64,000 bases of DNA, from assembly GCA_046262115.1 (NCBI GenBank), contig JBHENJ010000067.1, positions 2,211 to 66,210 on the forward strand, in the 5' to 3' direction. The notes under the pieces are model-generated. The model worked only from the letters and a program-made list of their open reading frames with translations. It was not told the origin of the DNA and did not search any database. Both the position numbers and the translations under genes were made by a program. Shown piece by piece: positions 1-7,851 of this stretch. Source of the DNA: Candidatus Limnocylindria bacterium (GTDB lineage: Bacteria; Chloroflexota; Limnocylindria; QHBO01). The first letter of the stretch is position 1. Every line of letters starts with the position of its first letter.

Positions 1-383
1 GCCCTCGCATACCTGCGCACCTTGCGAGGCGCGAGCGTGATGTTCTGGAGCGCGGTCAGGTGCGGGAAAAGATTGAAGGACTGGAAGACCATCCCGATCT
101 CGCTGCGGATGGCGGCGATGTTGCGGACGTCATTCGTCAGCTCGATGCCGTCGACGATGATGTCGCCGCGCTGGTGCTCCTCCAGGCGATTGATGATGCG
201 GATGAAGGTCGACTTGCCGGAGCCCGACGGCCCGAAGATGACGACCACCTCGCCGGCGGCCACGCCGAGGTCGATCCCGCGCAGCACGTGGAGCTGGCCG
301 AACCACTTGTGGACGTCACGCGCAACGATGATGCTGTCGGCATCGGACGTTTGCGTCGTATTCGTCACCGGCTTCCGCTCCAT
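1..383 (-). CDS. Polar amino-acid ABC transporter ATP-binding protein (GlnQ/AapP-like); the ATG start at 383 and Walker A (GPSGSGKST) are present, the C-terminus runs off the window
   Basis: Minus-strand translation MERKPVTNTTQTSDADSIIVARDVHKWFGQLHVLRGIDLGVAAGEVVVIFGPSGSGKSTFIRIINRLEEHQRGDIIVDGIELTNDVRNIAAIRSEIGMVFQSFNLFPHL. Its ATG overlaps the TGA of the upstream permease (TGATG), indicating translational coupling. Confidence 0.85.
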   Translation of the reverse strand, partial: MERKPVTNTTQTSDADSIIVARDVHKWFGQLHVLRGIDLGVAAGEVVVIFGPSGSGKSTFIRIINRLEEHQRGDIIVDGIELTNDVRNIAAIRSEIGMVFQSFNLFPHLTALQNITLAPRKVRRYAR

Positions 384-1576
384 CAGCGTGTTCCGACCCC
401 CAGCGCACGCTCGATCCGGTAGCTGGCCTGCGACATCGCGTAGCAGAGGAAGAAGAAGACCGCGGCCACGAAGGCGTAGACCTCCATCCTGGCGCCAAGG
501 GATTCCGACTGCGCCAGCACGGCCCGCCCGATGCCCAGGATCTCGAGCAAGCCGATGATGGTGACGAGCGTCGTGTCCTTCAACAGGCTGATGAAGAGTC
601 CCACATTGGCAGGGATGACGGCCCGCAGCGCCTGCGGCAGGACGATGCTCACATTCGTCTGGACGCCGCTCAGGCCGAGCGCCTGGGCCGCCTCGACCTG
701 GCCGGTCGGAATCGCCTGGAGGCCGCCGCGGACGTTCTCGGCCACGTACGCCGCAGAGAAGAGGGTGATGCCCCCCATCGCACGCGCCACCCGGTCGAGC
801 CGCCACTCCGCGGGCAGGAAGACCGGCAGGATGAGGTCGGCCATGAACAGGATCGTCACCAGCGGAACACCGCGGATGAGCTCGATGTACGCGATCGACA
901 GGACGCGAACGACCGGCAGCCTGCTCCTCCGACCGAGAGCGAGCAGCACGCCGAACGGGAACGAGAGCACGATCCCAACCGCAGCCAGGACGACGGTGAG
1001 CAGCAGCCCGCCCCACAGGTTCGAGCCGACCGATGCCACCGGGGTGTCGGCGAGTCCGGCGATCAGGATGAAGGTGACCGGCAGCGACACGAGCCACGCA
1101 AGCGTGAGCGCGCGCCGACGAATCCACCCTCGTAGACCCACCACGTAGCCGATCCAGACGGCGGTTGCGTTCCCGGCATAGGCGACCGTTCCGAGCAGGC
1201 CGATGGGCGAGACCGCGATGAGGATCGCGAGGAGCACCTGGAAGCTGGACAGCGTCACTGCGAGGATCCGCGCCGTGCGGCCTAAGGATCCCGCACTCGC
1301 CCCACACAGGACGGAGAGCATGGCGAGGCTCAGCCAGATCCGCCACGCCTGCTCCGCCGGATACCGTCCGATGAGGAAGATGCGCAGGTTGTCGGTCACG
1401 ACGCTCCAACGCGCCTCGGTGGCGGCCCAGGCGCCCACCTGGAGCGTCACCCAGACGATCGCAGCTCCCAACAGAACGGTGAAGATGCTGTTCAGGGGCC
1501 CGGAGAACAGATTTCGGTGGAGCCAGGCGATGGGACCGATGGAGCTGCTGGGCGCGGGCAGGGCCTGCGCCGTCAT
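383..1576 (-). CDS. Amino-acid ABC transporter permease (AapM/HisM family)
   Basis: Starts MTAQALPAPSSS with the ATG at 1576, whereas the tool ORF is over-extended to 2062. It has the EAA-like loop and multiple TM segments typical of polar amino-acid permeases, and its stop overlaps the ATPase start. Confidence 0.8.
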   Translation of the reverse strand: MTAQALPAPSSSIGPIAWLHRNLFSGPLNSIFTVLLGAAIVWVTLQVGAWAATEARWSVVTDNLRIFLIGRYPAEQAWRIWLSLAMLSVLCGASAGSLGRTARILAVTLSSFQVLLAILIAVSPIGLLGTVAYAGNATAVWIGYVVGLRGWIRRRALTLAWLVSLPVTFILIAGLADTPVASVGSNLWGGLLLTVVLAAVGIVLSFPFGVLLALGRRSRLPVVRVLSIAYIELIRGVPLVTILFMADLILPVFLPAEWRLDRVARAMGGITLFSAAYVAENVRGGLQAIPTGQVEAAQALGLSGVQTNVSIVLPQALRAVIPANVGLFISLLKDTTLVTIIGLLEILGIGRAVLAQSESLGARMEVYAFVAAVFFFLCYAMSQASYRIERALGVGTR

Positions 1577-2760
1577 CGCTCCGTGACCTGGACTCGACGG
1601 TTGTAGAGATTCATGAGGAGGCTGGTCACGAGGCTGATGGCGAGGTAGGTCCCCATCATCAGCATGATCACCGGCACCGGTTGCCCGGTCTGGTTCGACA
1701 TCGTCTGACCGATCTTGAAGAGATCGGAGTAGCCGACGGCGATCGCCAGGCTCGAGTTCTTGGCAAGGTTGAGGTACTGGCTGGTGAGCGGTGGGACGAT
1801 GATGCGGAGCGCCTGCGGAAAGATCACCAGCCCGAGTACCTGACCCTCGGACAGCCCAAGCGCGCGTGCGGCCTCGACCTGACCGCGGCGGACAGCCTGG
1901 ATCGCACCTCGGACGACCTCGCCGATGAACGCCGCGGTGTAGATGACGAGGCCGGTGAGGAGCGCCGCGAACCCGGTCGAGAACTCCACGCCGCCGCTGA
2001 AGTTGAAGCGGCCCAGGACCGGGAGGTCGAAGGCGAGCGGAGAGCCGCCGGCAGCGATCCATCCGATCACGGGCAGCGCGACTGCGGCCAGGATCCCCAT
2101 CGTGCGCAACCGGGGCACCGGCCGGCCTGCGTCCTCCCGCCGCCTCGCCACGATCCGCGTCATGACCGCCGCCGCCACGGCCGCGACGCAGAAGCCGAGC
2201 CAGATCGGGAAGCCATCGGTGGCGTTGGCGCCCGGCACGTACAGTCCACGCTGGTTGAGGTAGACGACGTTGCCGATGGCGATCGAATCCCGTACCGGCG
2301 GAAGCCCCAGGAAGACAACGAAGAAGATGATGATCAGCTGGAGGAGGAGCGGCGTATTGCGGATGAGCTCCACGTAGCCCGCCGCAATGCGGCTGACGAG
2401 CCAGTTGGGTGAGAGGCGTGCGATGCCAACGCCAATGCCGAGAATGGTGGCGAGGATGATGCCCACCACGCTGACGAAGAGGGTATTGAGCAGGCCCACC
2501 AGGAATGCGGTCCCGTAGCTGTCCCGGGCCGAGTACGGAATCAGGCTGTCATCGATCTCGAATCCGGCCTGGCGGCCGAGAAAGCTGATGCCGAAGCCCA
2601 GCCCGCGCTGCTCGGTGGCTGACGCGAAGTTGCGGGCCAGGAAGGCGATGACCAACCCGAGGACGATGAGGACATCGACCTGCGCCGCAACACGAAGGAC
2701 GCGCACGTCCCGCCACACGGGAACGGCTCCCGCTCCTGCCCGATGGACCTCGCTGCTCAC
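1573..2760 (-). CDS. Amino-acid ABC transporter permease (AapQ-like, long N-terminal form)
   Basis: Matches the AapQ pattern (NFASATEQRGLGFGISFLGRQAGFEIDDSLIPY ... FDLPVLGRFNFSGGVEFS ... EAARALGLSEGQ). I place the start at the GTG (VSSEV) at 2760, which is preceded by GAGG. The tool ORF start at 2880 would overlap the substrate-binding-protein gene and an intergenic hairpin. Confidence 0.7.
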   Translation of the reverse strand: MSSEVHRAGAGAVPVWRDVRVLRVAAQVDVLIVLGLVIAFLARNFASATEQRGLGFGISFLGRQAGFEIDDSLIPYSARDSYGTAFLVGLLNTLFVSVVGIILATILGIGVGIARLSPNWLVSRIAAGYVELIRNTPLLLQLIIIFFVVFLGLPPVRDSIAIGNVVYLNQRGLYVPGANATDGFPIWLGFCVAAVAAAVMTRIVARRREDAGRPVPRLRTMGILAAVALPVIGWIAAGGSPLAFDLPVLGRFNFSGGVEFSTGFAALLTGLVIYTAAFIGEVVRGAIQAVRRGQVEAARALGLSEGQVLGLVIFPQALRIIVPPLTSQYLNLAKNSSLAIAVGYSDLFKIGQTMSNQTGQPVPVIMLMMGTYLAISLVTSLLMNLYNRRVQVTER

Positions 2761-2782
2761 CCCGGCCTCGGCGGTGTGAACC

Positions 2783-2805
2783 GGGGCGGGGTCAGGCCCC
2801 GCCCC
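2783..2805. other. Perfect 9-bp inverted repeat (GGGGCGGGG-tcagg-CCCCGCCCC) in the intergenic spacer between the SBP gene and the first permease gene
   Basis: Seen directly in the sequence. There is no U-tract, so it is more likely an intra-operon RNA stability or processing hairpin than a terminator. Confidence 0.4.
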
Positions 2806-2821
2806 AATCGGTTGGTCTGGA

Positions 2822-3970
2822 CTAGCGGTAGGGTGGCGCGTAGAGGAGGCCGTCGTCGCTCCACAGGCTGTTGAGTCCACGCTCGAGGCCGATGGCGGTC
2901 TCCGGCCCGAGGTTCCGGTCGTAGATCTCCGCGTAGTTGCCGACCTGGGAGATCACAGTGACAACCCAGTCGGGCTCGAGGCCCAGGCCGGACTCGAACG
3001 GCTCCTCGCCCTCCGGCGTCACGCCCAGAAGGCGCTGGACCACCGGATCCTCGGTCGAGGCGGCCGTCTCCTCGACGTTGTCGGACGTGAGTCCCTGCTC
3101 CTCGGCCTCGATCGTGGCGAACACCACCCACTTGACCACGTTGAACCACTCGTCGTCGCCGAGCGGCACGACCGGGCCGAGCGGCTCCTTCGATAGCACG
3201 TCATCCAGGATCAGGTGATCCTCGGGGTTTTCAAACCCCGAACGCTGGGCCGTCAGCTGGGACCGGTCGCTCGTCGCTGCGTCACAGATGCTGTTCTCCT
3301 CGGTGTAGGTGCTGTAGAGGTCCGGGGCCTCCGGGAATGTCTCGGGATTCAGCTCGATGCCGGCCAACTGCGCGGCGTCCTGCAGGTTCTGCTCGGTCGT
3401 GGTTCCGGTCAGGACGCAGACCGTGGCGCCATCCAGCTCTTCGAGACTCGTCGCATCGATCTGCGTGGAGTTCACCATGATGGCCTGGCCGTCGTAGAAG
3501 GTCGTCGGCGCGAAGAGGCCCCATGCCGTGTCGCGGCTCACCGTCCAGGTGGTGTTCCGGATGAGGACATCGATGTCGCCGGTCTGGAGCGCCGTCGAGC
3601 GCTGGTCGGCCGTCAGCTCGCGGAACTCGACCGCCTCCGCGTCACCGAGCACTGCCGCCGCGATCGCGCGACAGAAGTCCGCGTCGAAGCCGACGGTGTT
3701 GCCCTCCGCATCGAGAACGCTGAACCCGGGTAGCGTGCCGTTGATGCCGCAGATCAGCTCACCGCGATCTCGCACCAGCGCCAGTCGGCCGTCGGTCGGC
3801 TGCTCCGGGGCAGTCGTCTCCGCAGTCGTCTCCGCGGTCGTCTCCGCGGTCGTCTCCGCGGCGGTGGTGCCCGGCTCGTCCGTGGGCAGCGGCGGAGTCG
3901 TGTCGCCGCAGGCCGCGACCACCAGCGCAACCATGAGGGGGCCGATGACAACCGAGATTCGCCTGACCAT
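2822..3970 (-). CDS. General L-amino-acid ABC transporter substrate-binding lipoprotein (AapJ-like)
   Basis: Signal peptide with lipobox (LVVAAC), a strong GGAGGAG Shine-Dalgarno sequence and a family-3 SBP fold. It carries an ETTA x4 linker. Confidence 0.85.
   Translation of the reverse strand: MVRRISVVIGPLMVALVVAACGDTTPPLPTDEPGTTAAETTAETTAETTAETTAPEQPTDGRLALVRDRGELICGINGTLPGFSVLDAEGNTVGFDADFCRAIAAAVLGDAEAVEFRELTADQRSTALQTGDIDVLIRNTTWTVSRDTAWGLFAPTTFYDGQAIMVNSTQIDATSLEELDGATVCVLTGTTTEQNLQDAAQLAGIELNPETFPEAPDLYSTYTEENSICDAATSDRSQLTAQRSGFENPEDHLILDDVLSKEPLGPVVPLGDDEWFNVVKWVVFATIEAEEQGLTSDNVEETAASTEDPVVQRLLGVTPEGEEPFESGLGLEPDWVVTVISQVGNYAEIYDRNLGPETAIGLERGLNSLWSDDGLLYAPPYR
3812..3859. repeat. 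Tandem 12-nt repeat x4 (AGTCGTCTCCGC / GGTCGTCTCCGC) encoding (A)ETTAETTAETTAETTA in the SBP linker
   Basis: Seen directly in the sequence; it is in frame and lies inside the SBP CDS. Confidence 0.9.
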
Positions 3971-4117
3971 GGACGCTCCTCCACTTCACGAACGCGAACC
4001 GGACCGTGCGCCGATCATGCTAGCGGTTCGCCTCGCCGATGCACCATGAGCTGCATCGTCGCCGACCCGGAGACCGGCTCACCTCGATGCGGTCCAGCGT
4101 TTGGCGCTCCGCTGCGG

Positions 4118-4774
4118 TCAGCCGGCTGCGGCGTGTTCCCTGATCCAGGAGGCGACCAACGCGAGGTCGTCGACGAAGAGCCGCATCTCGGCCTGACGGA
4201 ACGCCGGATCGCCCCGCAGGATCGAGGACGGATGGACGGTGGCGGTGATCCACGGTCCGAGCGTCGACTCGAGGAACTGGCCGCGCTGCCTGGTGACGCG
4301 GAAGTCCTTCCCGATCAGCGCCTGCGCCGCGGTGGCGCCGAGGCACACGATGACCTTCGGCCTCACCTGCGCGATCTCGGCCTCGAGCCACGGCCGGCAG
4401 GCGCCGATCTCCTCGGGGTTCGGCTTCTGGTGGATGCGCCGCTTGCCGCGCGGCAGCCACTTGAAGTGCTTCACCACGTTCGTGACGTACGCGCGCCTGC
4501 GGTCGATGCCGGCCTGGTCGAGCGCCTGGTCGAGCAGCTGCCCCGCCGGCCCGACGAACGGTTGGCCGGCCAGGTCCTCGCGATCGCCCGGCTGCTCGCC
4601 GACCAGCATGATGTCGGAGCCGCTGCCGCCCTCGCCGAAGACCGTCTGGGTGCCGATGCGCCACAGGTCGCAGGCTTGGCAGCCCGCCGCCGCCTGGCGC
4701 AGCGTCTCCAGCGTCGGTCGCTCGGGGATCAGGTCACGCGCCGAGCTGGTCGCGGCAGCCTTGGCGTCAAACAT
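4118..4774 (-). CDS. udgX: UdgX-type uracil-DNA glycosylase (family-4-like, forms a covalent complex with uracil-DNA)
   Basis: Carries motif A as GEQPG (family 4 has GEGPG), the R-loop KRRIH with the crosslinking His, the HPSS motif and Fe-S cysteines (CQAC...C...C). The near-full-length alignment to M. smegmatis UdgX is from my memory: GEQPGDxEDLAGxPFVGPAGxLLDxAL, VKHFK...GKRRIH, ACRPWL, LGATAAxAL, ATVHPSS. Confidence 0.85.
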   Translation of the reverse strand: MFDAKAAATSSARDLIPERPTLETLRQAAAGCQACDLWRIGTQTVFGEGGSGSDIMLVGEQPGDREDLAGQPFVGPAGQLLDQALDQAGIDRRRAYVTNVVKHFKWLPRGKRRIHQKPNPEEIGACRPWLEAEIAQVRPKVIVCLGATAAQALIGKDFRVTRQRGQFLESTLGPWITATVHPSSILRGDPAFRQAEMRLFVDDLALVASWIREHAAAG

Positions 4775-4786
4775 CGTCGAATTGCG

Positions 4787-4862
4787 TGGTGGAGATGAGG
4801 GGACTCGAACCCCTGACCCCCGCGATGCGAACGCGGTGCTCTCCCAGCTGAGCTACATCCCC
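4787..4862 (-). tRNA. tRNA-Ala (anticodon CGC), CCA encoded
   Basis: A 76-nt cloverleaf: GGGGATGTAGCTCAGCTGGGAGAGCACCGCGTTCGCATCGCGGGGGTCAGGGGTTCGAGTCCCCTCATCTCCACCA. It has the G3:U70 Ala identity pair, and the anticodon loop TTCGCAT gives anticodon CGC. Confidence 0.9.
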
Positions 4863-4897
4863 ACGGGGTGGCTGCGAGTATAACGCGGCCGTTGCTA

Positions 4898-4913
4898 TCG
4901 AACATACGTTCTA
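4898..4913. promoter_or_regulatory. LexA (SOS) box of the Cheo type: TCGAACATACGTTCTA, a perfect GAAC-N4-GTTC palindrome
   Basis: Lies 3 nt upstream of the imuA' ATG and about 36 nt upstream of the tRNA-Ala 5' end on the other strand. A TATAAC/TATACT -10 hexamer sits at 4879-4884. Confidence 0.7.
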
Positions 4914-4915
4914 TT

Positions 4916-5749
4916 ATGCTCTTCCCTATGCTGGCCACTGCGCCCGTCGTTCGTCCGCTCCCGGAGGTGCTCGTCGAGCTGCGGTCGAAGGGGCTGCGGC
5001 GTGGCGTGACCGATGCCTCCGTTCCCCGCGAGCCGCCGATCTCCACCGGCTTTGCGGAGCTGGATGACGCCCTCCGCACGGACGGGCTCCCGCGCGGAAG
5101 CTGCACGCTCCTCGACGCGGATCGCGGCAGCGGCGCAACCACGCTCGCGCTGCACACGCTCGCCGCGGCGCAGCGCGGCGGTGGCCTGGCCGCGTACGTC
5201 GACGTCGCGGGCTCGTTCGATCCGGCGACCGCGGCGCGCCTCGGCGTCCGGCTCGAGTGGCTGCTGGTGGTGCGGCCGGCGACGATCGACGAGGCGGTCG
5301 AGATTTCCGGCTGGCTGGCGCGCAGCCGCCTGATCGACGCGTTCGTGCTGGATCTCGTCGGCGCGAGGCGCCCCGTCGTGGCCGCGGCGACGAGCGCCGC
5401 GGCGCGGAGCCTCGACCGGCTGGCGCAGGTACTGGCGAGGACCTCGGCGACGGGGATCCTGCTGACGGGTCGAGCAGACCGCGAGGCGGGATTCCAGGTG
5501 GCGGGGGTCCGGATCGCGCTTGAGCGGCGGGCATGGCTGGCCATCGGTCGCGACCTGGTCGGGCAGCGCGTCGCGGCGACCGTCACGCGCCACCGCTGGG
5601 CAGTGCCCGGCGGCCGCGCGGAGCTCGACCTGTGGTTTGCCGAGGGGCGGCGGATCGACCCGATGGTCGCGCGACGCGCCGAGACGCGCGAGCTGCCACC
5701 ATCGGTCGTCGAACGGACGGCCGATCGGGTGCGCGTTCTCACGGCATAG
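4916..5749 (+). CDS. imuA: ImuA' (RecA-fold SOS mutasome accessory protein)
   Basis: RecA-like core with a P-loop (GLPRGSCTLLDADRGSGATTLALHTL) and the sequence AYVDVAGSFDPATAARLGV. The tool ORF start at 4868 would include the LexA box and abut the tRNA, so I start at the ATG at 4916; an alternative ATG is at 4928. Its place in the cassette is LexA box, imuA', imuB. Confidence 0.7.
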   Translation: MLFPMLATAPVVRPLPEVLVELRSKGLRRGVTDASVPREPPISTGFAELDDALRTDGLPRGSCTLLDADRGSGATTLALHTLAAAQRGGGLAAYVDVAGSFDPATAARLGVRLEWLLVVRPATIDEAVEISGWLARSRLIDAFVLDLVGARRPVVAAATSAAARSLDRLAQVLARTSATGILLTGRADREAGFQVAGVRIALERRAWLAIGRDLVGQRVAATVTRHRWAVPGGRAELDLWFAEGRRIDPMVARRAETRELPPSVVERTADRVRVLTA

Positions 5750-5799
5750 GAGGCGAGATTGCGGTTCAGCATCAGCCCTCAAGACGGACATGGCGAGCT

Positions 5800-6068
5800 T
5801 CACGCCGGATGACCTCCGCGAGATCGTCGCCTACATCGCCGAGCACCGGACGAGCGACGCGCCGTTCGACGTCGTGGCCGGCGGGGAGACGCCCGGCGGC
5901 GACGACCCCGCGGAGTGGGCGGCGGCCGGCGCCACCTGGTGGATCGAGCCGATCCATCCGCAGCGCTTCGCGGCGGAGGTGAACGGCGAGCCCGGCAGCG
6001 ATGAGCGGCGAAGGGCCGTGCTCGCGGCGATGACCGAGCGGATCGGCCACGGCCCGCCGCGCTTCTGA
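5800..6068 (+). CDS. Hypothetical 89-aa protein between imuA' and imuB (MASFTPDDLREIVAYIAEHRTSDAPFDVVAGGETPGGDDPAEWAAAGATWWIEPIHP...)
   Basis: Codon usage is coding-like. It faintly resembles the C-terminal end of LLM-class flavin/F420 oxidoreductases, so it may be a gene remnant. It is not part of canonical imuA'-imuB cassettes. Confidence 0.35.
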
Positions 6069-6085
6069 GCCGGAGCGGTCCGGCC

Positions 6086-7165
6086 GTGTCGCGCATCCTG
6101 GCGATGATCTGGCCGGCGCTCCGTTCCCGCGCGGCTGCCGGCCTGGATCCCGCCGAAGCCGCCGGGTTCGACGCCGCGCTCGACGCGCTGGATGAGCTCT
6201 CCCCGCGGGTCGAGAGCCCGGCCGTCGGATACGCACTCGTGGACGTCACGGGCCTGGGGCGGCTGTTCGGCGACGAGCCGCGGGTCGCCGCGCGGGCCGC
6301 CCACCTCGTCCGGGGCGTTGAACCGCTCGCGGTCCGCCTGGGGATCGGCGACAACCGCTGGCTGGCGACCGTGGCGGCGTCCCGCGCCGCCCACGGCGGC
6401 GTCGAGCGTGTGGCGCCGGACGGCGGCCGCCGCTACCTCGCGCCGCTACCGATCCGGTTGCTCCCCGCCGACGAGGACGTTCGCGGGCGGTTCACGCTGT
6501 TCGGACTGCGGGAGATCGGGCAGCTGGCCGACCTGCCGCGCGCCGCCGTGGCGGCACAGTTCGGCGTGGCGGGCGAGCGGCTGCACGCGCTGGCACGCGG
6601 CGAGGACTCGCGGCCGCTCACGCCGCGCCGCCGTCCCGAATCGGTCGCCGTCGAGTTGCCGTTCGACCCGCCGGTGGACGGCCTGGAGAGGATGGCCTTC
6701 GGCCTGCGACGCGGCTGCGGCGAGCTGTGCGTGACACTCGGGCGGCGGCATCGGGCTCCGGGACGCGCCCGGCTCGAGGTTCAGCTCGAGGCAGGCGCGC
6801 CACTCTGCGTCGAGGTCGTGCTTCCGCAGCCCGCGCTGGAGCCGGACTGGATCGCGCGGCTGCTGATCGCGCGGCTGGAGGCGACGCTGCGGGACGTATC
6901 GGTCCACCACGACGATGCGGAAGAGCCGCGGATCGTCGCGATCCGCCTGACCTTCGATCGGCTCAGCGACCCGTGGGCGCGGCAGCTGCCGGCGTTCGAG
7001 CCGCAGGCGGCGCGCTGGGAGGAGCTGCGCTGGTCGCTTGAGCGGATGCGCAGCCGCTTCGGCCCGGGGCGTCTCCGGCGGGCGCTCCACGAACGGCCGG
7101 CGGCGGCGCTCGCCGAGCGGCAGTCGCGCTTCGTCGACATCGGTCTGGAGGCCGATGCGTCGTGA
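6086..7165 (+). CDS. imuB: ImuB-like inactive Y-family polymerase (N-terminally short; C-terminal domain encoded separately)
   Basis: Contains ELSPRVES...ALVDVTGLGRLFGDEP...RLGIGDNRWLA, the ImuB/UmuC-like little-finger region. At 359 aa it is shorter than typical ImuB (about 450-530 aa), and the canonical N-terminal WCPDWP segment is absent. The GTG start at 6086 is the only start in frame. Confidence 0.65.
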   Translation: MSRILAMIWPALRSRAAAGLDPAEAAGFDAALDALDELSPRVESPAVGYALVDVTGLGRLFGDEPRVAARAAHLVRGVEPLAVRLGIGDNRWLATVAASRAAHGGVERVAPDGGRRYLAPLPIRLLPADEDVRGRFTLFGLREIGQLADLPRAAVAAQFGVAGERLHALARGEDSRPLTPRRRPESVAVELPFDPPVDGLERMAFGLRRGCGELCVTLGRRHRAPGRARLEVQLEAGAPLCVEVVLPQPALEPDWIARLLIARLEATLRDVSVHHDDAEEPRIVAIRLTFDRLSDPWARQLPAFEPQAARWEELRWSLERMRSRFGPGRLRRALHERPAAALAERQSRFVDIGLEADAS

Positions 7166-7416
7166 CCCGTCTCTACACCGATCACCCGTTGGTCCAGGTG
7201 GAGACCGATGTCGACGGGCAGCCACGCACCCTCCGCCTCGACGGCGCGACGCACGGGGAGGTGGGGGTCTGCAACCGCTGGCGGGTCGACGACGACTGGT
7301 GGCGGAACCTGGTGGCGCGCGCCTACTACAAGGTCGTCACGCGCGACGGGCTGCTCTGCACGATCTACCTCGACGAGATGCGCGGGACCTGGCACCTCGA
7401 GCGCATCTTCGACTGA
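7162..7416 (+). CDS. ImuB C-terminal domain-like ORF (DUF4113-like; WRVDDDWW ... AYYKVVTRDGLLCTIYLDEMRGTWHLERIFD)
   Basis: The GTG start overlaps the imuB TGA (GTGA). The sequence matches the conserved extreme C-terminus of ImuB (RFQVV..DG...L.....G.WW.E.iYD), so it is either the frameshifted end of imuB or a split gene. Confidence 0.6.
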   Translation: MTRLYTDHPLVQVETDVDGQPRTLRLDGATHGEVGVCNRWRVDDDWWRNLVARAYYKVVTRDGLLCTIYLDEMRGTWHLERIFD

Positions 7417-7747
7417 CGGTCGGTCACGCGCCGTCCCAGCCGCCTGCCGGTGTCCGTCCGCGGCCGCCCTCCACCCAGGAGCCGGAGCGCGCCGACCACG
7501 ACCAGCTCGACGATCGACCACCTGATCAGGGCCGGAAGGACGGAGGTGTCCATCTGGCCGGTCCCGAACATCGGAAAGGCGTCGCCTCCGGGCGAACGTG
7601 CGGAACGGCGCCATCAGGAGGTCGGTCACCTGGATGAAGAGCGGAAACAGCGATTCGAACTGCTCCGGCCAGCCGAACCGGCAGGATCAGACCAAGCCCG
7701 AGCAGCGCCTGGATGATGCCGAACGCGGCCACGACCAGCGTCAGCAT
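7365..7747 (-). pseudogene. YggT-family small membrane protein, disrupted by two +1 frameshifts
   Basis: Three successive minus-strand frames together rebuild a YggT/YlmG-like protein: MLTLVVAAFGIIQALLGLGLILP | RFGWPEQFESLFPLFIQVTDLLMAPFRTFARR | AFPMFGTGQMDTSVLPALIRWSIVELVVVGALRLL. The shifts lie near positions 7680 and 7590. Confidence 0.5.
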
Positions 7748-7851
7748 CGGGAGCGTCGGCAGAGGCTGTTCGCGTCCGAGGCGCCACCGGTCATGCGCGA
7801 ACACTACGCAGCGCCGCAAGGACCGGTGGCCTGTCATGGCATGCTATCGGG

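Noticed and set aside
3812-3859. Checked the tandem repeats for a CRISPR-like array
   Set aside because: The copies are contiguous 12-nt in-frame repeats without spacers, inside a CDS. No cas genes are present, and no CRISPR array was found in the window.
4020-4664. Long opposite-strand or out-of-frame ORFs with Arg/Pro/Ala-rich low-complexity translations (for example 4020..4664, 4926..5534, 8036..9046, 12747..14816, 30330..32522 and 43816..46593)
   Set aside because: These are typical shadow ORFs of 70% GC DNA. Each overlaps a gene with clear homology on the other strand or frame, and none shows a domain signature.
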